Below, one piece after another: positions 58,601-64,000 of a DNA stretch of 64,000 bases; position 1 is the stretch's first letter; every line of letters begins with the position of its first letter. Source of the DNA: Arenicellales bacterium (GTDB taxonomy: Bacteria; Pseudomonadota; Gammaproteobacteria; Arenicellales; JAJDZL01); contig OZ243980.1 of assembly GCA_965214875.1 (NCBI GenBank), positions 2,299,058-2,363,057 on the forward strand, given 5' to 3'. Under the pieces are notes generated by a model that saw only the letters and a list, made by a program, of their open reading frames with translations, had not been told where the DNA came from and did not search any database. The position numbers and the translations under genes are program-made.

Positions 58601-61600
58601 GACGTGCGCTACCGCCACCGCCGACTGCGCCCTGCCGCCGGACATAAGCATCCGTAGCGAGGAGTCATTTGACAGCTGCACGATACCGCTCGCACCAGAT
58701 GAGATTGCCGCAAGCATGGAGCGGGCAGGATTTGCTGCGACAGACTTAGGCATTCCATTCAACGAAACATATCATGATGGCTCGCGTCTACTTAAGGCAC
58801 GGATTGAATTCGATGACTCCAAGCAAGATCATGCTGATCGATTGACACTAGATCCTGCCAAACTGGATGCCGTCTTGCGGATTGCCGGGGCGGCCTTCCT
58901 GCGCGGCGACCCCTTTATGCCCATATCAATCGGAAAGATCTGGATTGCATCATGCGAACTCGGCTCGTTCAACTGCCATGCGCGAAAAAGCAGTGAAATG
59001 GATTCCCGCATTCATCTAGATTTGGATTTGATGTCGGATGATGGCGATACCATTGCACAAATCAGAGAATTCGCGATCAAGCAAACCAGCACGCCTACGG
59101 CGGTGCGCGATTTTCAGGTTCGCACCCTCGTCCGAGTTTCGAAGACCATTGAACCGGCCGGCACAACGCCTCAGATTCACTCGGAGAACTACTTGGCCCA
59201 GCTGCAAACTTGCATTGGCGAGTTGTCAAAGAAGCATCAGCGCGAGCAATACTATTCGAAGGTGCGCCCAGTTCTCGACAGGTTAACGCTTTATCACACA
59301 GCCAAGTCGTTGCAACGATTGAAAGTGGATTTATCAAGCGCAAGCGAATTCAGCATTTTCGACTGCGCATTAGAACGCGGCATCACCGGCCTGCAGCGCG
59401 ATATTTTGCAAGGGCTGATCAATCTTCTAGCTGAGCATGGGGTGATTGAAATCGTATCTGAGCGATGCCGCGTTCTTAAAGAGATTGACACAAATCACCC
59501 TCCGCTCGCCGGAGAAGATTTTTTTGCGCGAAGCGAGAACGCAGGCTACATTTACGAATATCTGCTCGCGAACCAATGCGGGCGATTGCTGCCTGGGGTC
59601 CTTCAAGGCAAGATACAGGGCAACGAGGTGCTTTTTGACAAAGCCGGTCTTCAGCTACTTGAAAATCTCTACTCCCGCTCGCCAACCTGCAGAATCTACA
59701 ACGAGATTCTCGCCGAATCGATCAAGCTGGCGTTGCGCGGATGGGAGCTAGCCCGACCGATGCGCATACTAGAGCTTGGCGGCGGCACCGGCGCTTTGCT
59801 CGCGCGAATCGAACCGTTTCTGACCTCATCAGCGCAATACGTCTTCACCGATATCTCTTCGCATTTTGTATCCAAAGCCAAAGAACGATACAAAACATTG
59901 GAAAATCTTGAATTCAAAACACTGGATTTCGATGCGTCACCACATATCCAGGGATTTAAGCATGGCTCATTCGATCTTGTCGTGGCAACCGACGCTCTTC
60001 ATTGCGCTAGATTTCTTGATGCCACTTTGAAGGCGATCTGGAAATTGCTCCGTCCTGGAGGGATGCTTCATTTTGTCGAGCTGACAGATGAGCCAAGCTG
60101 GGCGAGGATCAGTTTTGCGATGCTGCCTGGCTGGCAGCAAGATATCGACGATGACAGGCGCGTTGACTCACCATGCAGAACAAGCTTGCAATGGCGAATG
60201 CTGCTTGAAAGCAATGGATTCAGCCTATCTGCCGCATATGGCGATCGAGAAGATAGCGGCGAATCGCTGCACACGGTGTTTATCGCTCAAAAGGTTCAAA
60301 ACGACCAGGTAGAGCCGAGCAAGATTGTGACAGAGCAAAATCGTCGCCACTGGCTGATATTTCAACACAGCGACATGGATATGCAGAAATTGATTGCGTC
60401 GCAGTCCCATGATCAGTTTGCCTGGGTGGGGTCGGCACCGAGTTTCACTGCCAGCGATCAAAGCTACCAAATCGATACGCAATGCCCAGAGCACTACCTT
60501 TTGATGCTGCAGGACCTGGACCGTAAAGGCTGTGCGCCGGATGCCGCTTTGTTCTTGGCACCCGACCTTGATTATTGCGACGAAAATCAGCCCATCGACC
60601 TTGATCGCTCGATTGCTTGCGCCATGATGCCGGTCCGCTTGCTGCAAACCTTAGACCGGCAGCCTGGCTCGCTACGCCATGTTGTGTTTGCCAGAATGCA
60701 GATCGGCGATCCAAGTTCCGAGCAAGCAGCCTATGCGCATTGCTTTGATTCGATCGTCAGCGGGCTCTTGCGCAGTGCCCGTAGCGAATACCCATCAATC
60801 AAATTTCACGCCGTCAGCATCCAGCGTGGCAAGAATGTCATGAAACAGATTGTCGACAGCATCTCAAGCAAGGATGCCGGTTTTGAAGTTTCAGTCGCAG
60901 GTGGCAAAATCACCACCATGCGACTGGAGCCCGCTCGCGTCTCGGCTTCGCAGCTAAGTGAGCCATTTATAGCTGCCTTGCGCCTCTCCAAAGGCAAAGG
61001 ATTGGAAAGGATCAAGTTCATCGTCACGCCTCGACCAGCTTTAGCTGACAAGCAAATCAGGATATCGGTTGCAGCCGCATCGCTCAACTTTCGCGACATC
61101 ATGGTCGCACTGGACGCGCTGCCTGAGCATTCAGTCATTAGCGGAAGAGCCGGGCGCACCTTAGGCATCGAATGCGCAGGAACGGTGATTGAATGCGGCA
61201 AGTCGGTTTCCCGATTCTCACCCGGCGACCAAGTCGCAGCGCTTGTTGCGGGCAGCTTGGCGACCTCAGTCGTAGCGGAGGAAAACTTCTGCGTGCGACT
61301 GCCTGATTCCCTCTCTTTCGAGTACGCAGCCGCATGGCCGGCGGCCTACATTACTGCGCATCTTTGCCTGCGAGAATTTCCGGTTTCGGACAAACCTTTG
61401 AACGTGCTGGTCCATACGGCATCTGGCGGCGTAGGGCTTGCCTTGGTTGGAATGCTTTGCAAATGTGATACGAGAATCTACTGCACTGCCGGCTCTGAAG
61501 CGAAGCGGGCATTCTTGCAAAACTATGTCCATTGCGAGACCTTCGATTCGCGTTCGTCCAGTTTCGCCGAGGAAATCTTGACACAAACCGACGGGGCCGG

Positions 61601-63017
61601 CATCCATGTCCTGATCAATACGCTGGGGACCAGTGCGGCAAAAGCCAACAGCCGGGTTCTTGCAGATGGCGGAACATTTATTGAATTGGGCAAATATGCC
61701 GGCGCGAACGATGCGAAACAGCTGATCCTTGATGCAAAACCGAAGATCAGACACGTTACGGTCGATTTGGATGCCCGCTGGCAATCCCACCCCGCAGACA
61801 TTGAGGATGCGCTCAATCAAGCCATTGCGCATATTCAATCAGATCAACATCGCGCCCTGCCTTTCACAGCGTTCCCCGCATCGAATGCGGCAAGAGCGTT
61901 CAAGCACTTGGCGGCAGCCAAGCAAATCGGAAAAGTGATCGTAGACTTTGATTGCGACTTGGGCAGTATTGAGCGCATCGAGCTGGACAAATCCTACTAT
62001 TCCAATGGATCCTGGCTGATCGCAGGCGGTACGCGCGGATTCGGCATGGCAACTGCCCTGTGGCTCGCACGACGCGGTGCAAAGTCCATGTTGCTCATCG
62101 GTCGTTCAGAGCATGTCCATCAGGAACTTTCAAAAGCGAGAGATGAGCTTCACGAGCGAGGCGCATCAATATCGGTGGCATCAGTAGACATCACCGATCT
62201 CGCCGATCTGCAAAAGTGTGTTCAGGAATTTGAAATGAAAAACCCGCCCATTCGCTTTGTCCTGCAATGCGCCATGCAGATCGAGGACCGTATGATTTCC
62301 AAGCTAAGCGGCGATACCTTGTCGAAAGTGCTGAAACCAAAAGTGATCGGAACATGGAATCTGCATAAAGTGACGAGTGATAGAATGCTGCAAAAGTTTG
62401 TCGTGTATTCATCTGTCACGTCATTGATCGGGCCCGCTGGCCAGTCGGCCTACACGGCAGCGAATTCGTTCCAAGATTCGTTTGCGGTGTATCTTCGCAA
62501 AGTCGGCATTCCGGCCGTATCAGTCAACTGGGGGGCGGTTTCGGACTACGGCTACATCTCCGACCATCCCGAGTCCGATTTGGCAGTGGGGACTCACGGC
62601 ATCGAACCGACGACTGCCGAATCGCTACTTGAGAAGCTTCCCGACATATTGGTAAAAACTGCTTCACCATGCATCGCGGTTGCTAGCGGTCCATGGGCAG
62701 AAAATGCTTGGCTGCCGGACGCATACTTTGATGCTGAACGCCGACCAGGGGTTGGCAGACGCGATGAGATCGGCCGATCAGATGGCGATGGCCTAGCAAA
62801 CAAAATCGAATCCTGCATTGCCAGAGTACTGGAGCTCGGAAGCGATTCAATTGACCGCAAAAGACCGATCGTTGACTATGGCATGGACAGTCTTTTGGCA
62901 GTCGAGCTAGCCCACCTGATCGAGGTGGAGTGCGATATCACCATCACCCCCTATCAGCTGATCGATCAAACCACAATTGAGCAAATTGCAAAAATCGGAG
63001 CGAACCAGAATCCGTAA
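55641..63017 (+). CDS. Single-module type I polyketide/fatty-acid synthase: KS-AT-DH-cMT-(psiKR)-ER-KR-ACP
   Basis: GTG start. KS: DTACSSS (Cys174, nt 56160-56162), EAHGTGT and NIGHTESAAG. AT: GHSIGE (Ser613, nt 57477-57479). DH: HTLHGKIVFP (His910, nt 58368-58370). cMT: LELGGGTG (nt 59769-59792). ER: HTASGGVG (nt 61413-61436). KR: GGTRGFG (nt 62025-62045) and Tyr2271 in SAYTAAN. ACP: GMDSL (Ser2417, nt 62889-62891). The protein ends ~40 aa after the ACP serine, with no TE, R or C domain. Confidence 0.9.
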   Translation: MIDFPPIAIVGTACRFPGDADSPQQLWQNLTEGKDSIGPVPDDRWPTGFFDLSGPETTAFAKVGGFVNGIFDFDPVFFGISPREADSIDPQQRMLLELAHRSMEDACVDNRSLSECRTGVFVGIINHDYARLLLSNTMHISAHTGLGRSGSIAANRISYVFNLTGPSIAIDTACSSSLVAVDAACRSLNHDECDVALAGGVNAVLLPESYLEFGRAQMLSVSGRCRAFDAKADGFVRAEGGGLILLKRLSDALADRDRIRAIIAATAVNQDGRTAGIMSPSIDAQVCMMRKALQRADLQPSAIGYVEAHGTGTQSGDTAEAESIGTAYGRSARHRTLPVGSVKTNIGHTESAAGIAGLIKAQLSIEHNAIVPNLHFGTPNPAIDFNGLGLRVPSKVELRDGGTDRLRAAAVNSFGFGGTNAHVILRQAPAPQINRKNKSAAYVLPVAAPSEELLENRISSISELAQSSTPIQNIYSSAARQHGGRYRKTVLIQEEAADHIDSRVDFSNTPAALEELGEPPHLCFVFSGIGRNWGSAGRQLYSCEPQFKSAIDDCDALFRQQFDNSIIRGVLERGKSPESVIRDLHPLLFAIQIGLYQLWHSWHIVPQSVLGHSIGEAAAAWASGALTMPEAVQIIGERYHAFEPLEHQGKMLAAALDEQTAADMARAFSGELHLASVNSPASITFSGSKQAIEAVGKQLHAAGTRHRMLDINVPFHCPLIESVQGDALQAIDRSGERQQDIRWFSSFGKHIAGDIVPTGEFWWQNFSAPANFQHAFEQTHSAGCRTFVEISPIPALLTAIHENLDALKFKATVLPSLMPHACERTSMLRSAGRLFELGSEPAWPRLCPLSTPCNLAPLHFERRTYAKQAPQLNHRKQNAFTSKIAAIYDESSGCRSYRFDIEKSHWLKSHTLHGKIVFPAAGFIAVILDTLNERWLQATMQVSKIGFHRLLEVAESKSHTQVRVLICENSLDSGLELSIADADEPELTCATATADCALPPDISIRSEESFDSCTIPLAPDEIAASMERAGFAATDLGIPFNETYHDGSRLLKARIEFDDSKQDHADRLTLDPAKLDAVLRIAGAAFLRGDPFMPISIGKIWIASCELGSFNCHARKSSEMDSRIHLDLDLMSDDGDTIAQIREFAIKQTSTPTAVRDFQVRTLVRVSKTIEPAGTTPQIHSENYLAQLQTCIGELSKKHQREQYYSKVRPVLDRLTLYHTAKSLQRLKVDLSSASEFSIFDCALERGITGLQRDILQGLINLLAEHGVIEIVSERCRVLKEIDTNHPPLAGEDFFARSENAGYIYEYLLANQCGRLLPGVLQGKIQGNEVLFDKAGLQLLENLYSRSPTCRIYNEILAESIKLALRGWELARPMRILELGGGTGALLARIEPFLTSSAQYVFTDISSHFVSKAKERYKTLENLEFKTLDFDASPHIQGFKHGSFDLVVATDALHCARFLDATLKAIWKLLRPGGMLHFVELTDEPSWARISFAMLPGWQQDIDDDRRVDSPCRTSLQWRMLLESNGFSLSAAYGDREDSGESLHTVFIAQKVQNDQVEPSKIVTEQNRRHWLIFQHSDMDMQKLIASQSHDQFAWVGSAPSFTASDQSYQIDTQCPEHYLLMLQDLDRKGCAPDAALFLAPDLDYCDENQPIDLDRSIACAMMPVRLLQTLDRQPGSLRHVVFARMQIGDPSSEQAAYAHCFDSIVSGLLRSARSEYPSIKFHAVSIQRGKNVMKQIVDSISSKDAGFEVSVAGGKITTMRLEPARVSASQLSEPFIAALRLSKGKGLERIKFIVTPRPALADKQIRISVAAASLNFRDIMVALDALPEHSVISGRAGRTLGIECAGTVIECGKSVSRFSPGDQVAALVAGSLATSVVAEENFCVRLPDSLSFEYAAAWPAAYITAHLCLREFPVSDKPLNVLVHTASGGVGLALVGMLCKCDTRIYCTAGSEAKRAFLQNYVHCETFDSRSSSFAEEILTQTDGAGIHVLINTLGTSAAKANSRVLADGGTFIELGKYAGANDAKQLILDAKPKIRHVTVDLDARWQSHPADIEDALNQAIAHIQSDQHRALPFTAFPASNAARAFKHLAAAKQIGKVIVDFDCDLGSIERIELDKSYYSNGSWLIAGGTRGFGMATALWLARRGAKSMLLIGRSEHVHQELSKARDELHERGASISVASVDITDLADLQKCVQEFEMKNPPIRFVLQCAMQIEDRMISKLSGDTLSKVLKPKVIGTWNLHKVTSDRMLQKFVVYSSVTSLIGPAGQSAYTAANSFQDSFAVYLRKVGIPAVSVNWGAVSDYGYISDHPESDLAVGTHGIEPTTAESLLEKLPDILVKTASPCIAVASGPWAENAWLPDAYFDAERRPGVGRRDEIGRSDGDGLANKIESCIARVLELGSDSIDRKRPIVDYGMDSLLAVELAHLIEVECDITITPYQLIDQTTIEQIAKIGANQNP

Positions 63018-63018
63018 C

Positions 63019-64000
63019 TCAATTCCAGATATCGACATCTATGCCTTGCTCAATGAAGTGATCGGCACGATTGGATAGATATCGTTGAAAGTTCGGCTGT
63101 GCACGAAACGCTTCGCTTGAAACATAGGCAAAGAGCGACTGCGTGTGGAATATCTTAAACCATGCCTCAGAACGAATCACCTCGTTGCCATCTGCATCGA
63201 AAAATATGATCGTCGGAGCATAAGAAACCCCTAAGTCGGAAGCCCATTGCCGCGCTGTTGAAGCGGCACCCGAAGGCGTTACAAGTTCCTTGGTCGACCA
63301 CATGTCAAGCTGCGCCACATCGAACTTTTGGATCTCGTCCACAGTCCTCTGGTCGACTAGGACGCTGTCATGCAATGTTTCGCAGTTAGGGCAATCTCCT
63401 TGTTCGAAGAATACCGCCAGCGGCTTGCCGGACCGATTGCTCAGATCGTATGGGGGCAGCATGAAGAAATCCTTTGAAATGAGTTTACGGGACGAAGCGG
63501 ATTCAGGCGCGTTTTGCTGAACATATTCGCGGTATGCCAGCCGATCTTCCTGCCGCATCGACACGTAGTCGAGAGCGAGGCGAAACTGTTGCGGCGGGAC
63601 GTAGCCATTGAGGCGAAGCACCTTGTCCGCGCGCTCGTCGTAGAAAATCATCGTCGGGGTGAATTGCACCGCGAGGTCTGAGGAAAAGATTTTCTCAGTC
63701 GTCGAGCTTCCGTCTACGCTGATCACTTCCCGGTCGCCCCAAATGTTCAGCTCCACAACATCGAAATGCTCTTGAATCGTTTCGACGATATCTTTCTGGC
63801 TCAAGTTCCGCTCCACGAGTGCGTTGCAGTAGGGACATCCATCCTGATGAAAGAAATAGATCAAACGCTTGCCGTGCTCGGCCGCTTCTGCGGCATCTTC
63901 TCGAACATCCAGAAAACTTTCCTTGAACCATTGCGGATAGGTGGTTTCTTTGGCGCCCATGAACGCTCCTTGGGTTGCGGAGCTTTGCGCCAAGGCCATG
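63019..64000 (-). CDS. Tandem thioredoxin-fold protein (5' end probably outside the window)
   Basis: Two repeats each carry a CxxC motif (HQDGCPYCNAL and EQGDCPNCETL) with similar surrounding sequence. The family resembles the 181-aa protein at 50142-50687. The ORF reaches the window edge. Confidence 0.7.
   Translation of the reverse strand, partial: MALAQSSATQGAFMGAKETTYPQWFKESFLDVREDAAEAAEHGKRLIYFFHQDGCPYCNALVERNLSQKDIVETIQEHFDVVELNIWGDREVISVDGSSTTEKIFSSDLAVQFTPTMIFYDERADKVLRLNGYVPPQQFRLALDYVSMRQEDRLAYREYVQQNAPESASSRKLISKDFFMLPPYDLSNRSGKPLAVFFEQGDCPNCETLHDSVLVDQRTVDEIQKFDVAQLDMWSTKELVTPSGAASTARQWASDLGVSYAPTIIFFDADGNEVIRSEAWFKIFHTQSLFAYVSSEAFRAQPNFQRYLSNRADHFIEQGIDVDIWN

Overview
The gene content and order suggest a chromosomal segment from a sulfur-oxidising gammaproteobacterium-type genome; I ran no database search. 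About 60% of the window (9.7-41.7 kb) is the conserved translation/transcription super-cluster, all on the minus strand. It comprises the alpha, spc, S10 and str operons (rplQ to rpsL, including an rpmJ that the ORF track misses), rpoC-rpoB, rplL-rplJ-rplA-rplK, nusG-secE, tRNA-Trp, a second tuf, and a thrU-tyrU-glyT-thrT-like tRNA set. The left flank (0-9.7 kb) holds the 3' part of an ABC exporter, a secreted Cys-rich ORF behind a C10 tract, a GC-rich unassigned stretch, dapB, nfi, a tightly packed mdh-GT2-phosphorylase-radical SAM-SDR array, and a DUF924 gene. To the right of the tRNAs lies a ~6 kb accessory patch (42.0-48.0 kb). Its intact core is a translationally coupled pair: a PHP-phosphoesterase/SMC-like ATPase fusion (898 aa) and a Schlafen/AlbA_2 + HATPase_c_4 protein (400 aa). 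Pseudogene debris sits beside the pair (an RHH gene with an internal stop and a DUF45/YgjP gene with a frameshift and two stops). I rate this pair the best candidate for a new defence-type system. Further right is a co-directional soxX-Y-Z-A-(small ORF)-B-thioredoxin-TolC-MFP array and a divergent ArsR/SoxR-like regulator. A 2458-aa single-module fully reducing PKS (KS-AT-DH-cMT-ER-KR-ACP, no release domain) follows, then a convergent tandem-thioredoxin gene that runs off the window. Other points worth a second look are a 1-nt frameshift splitting rpoB, two tuf copies that differ at one synonymous site and are visibly more GC-rich than their neighbours, and a possible phase-variable poly-C switch. 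I saw no CRISPR array, rRNA, integrase or transposase.
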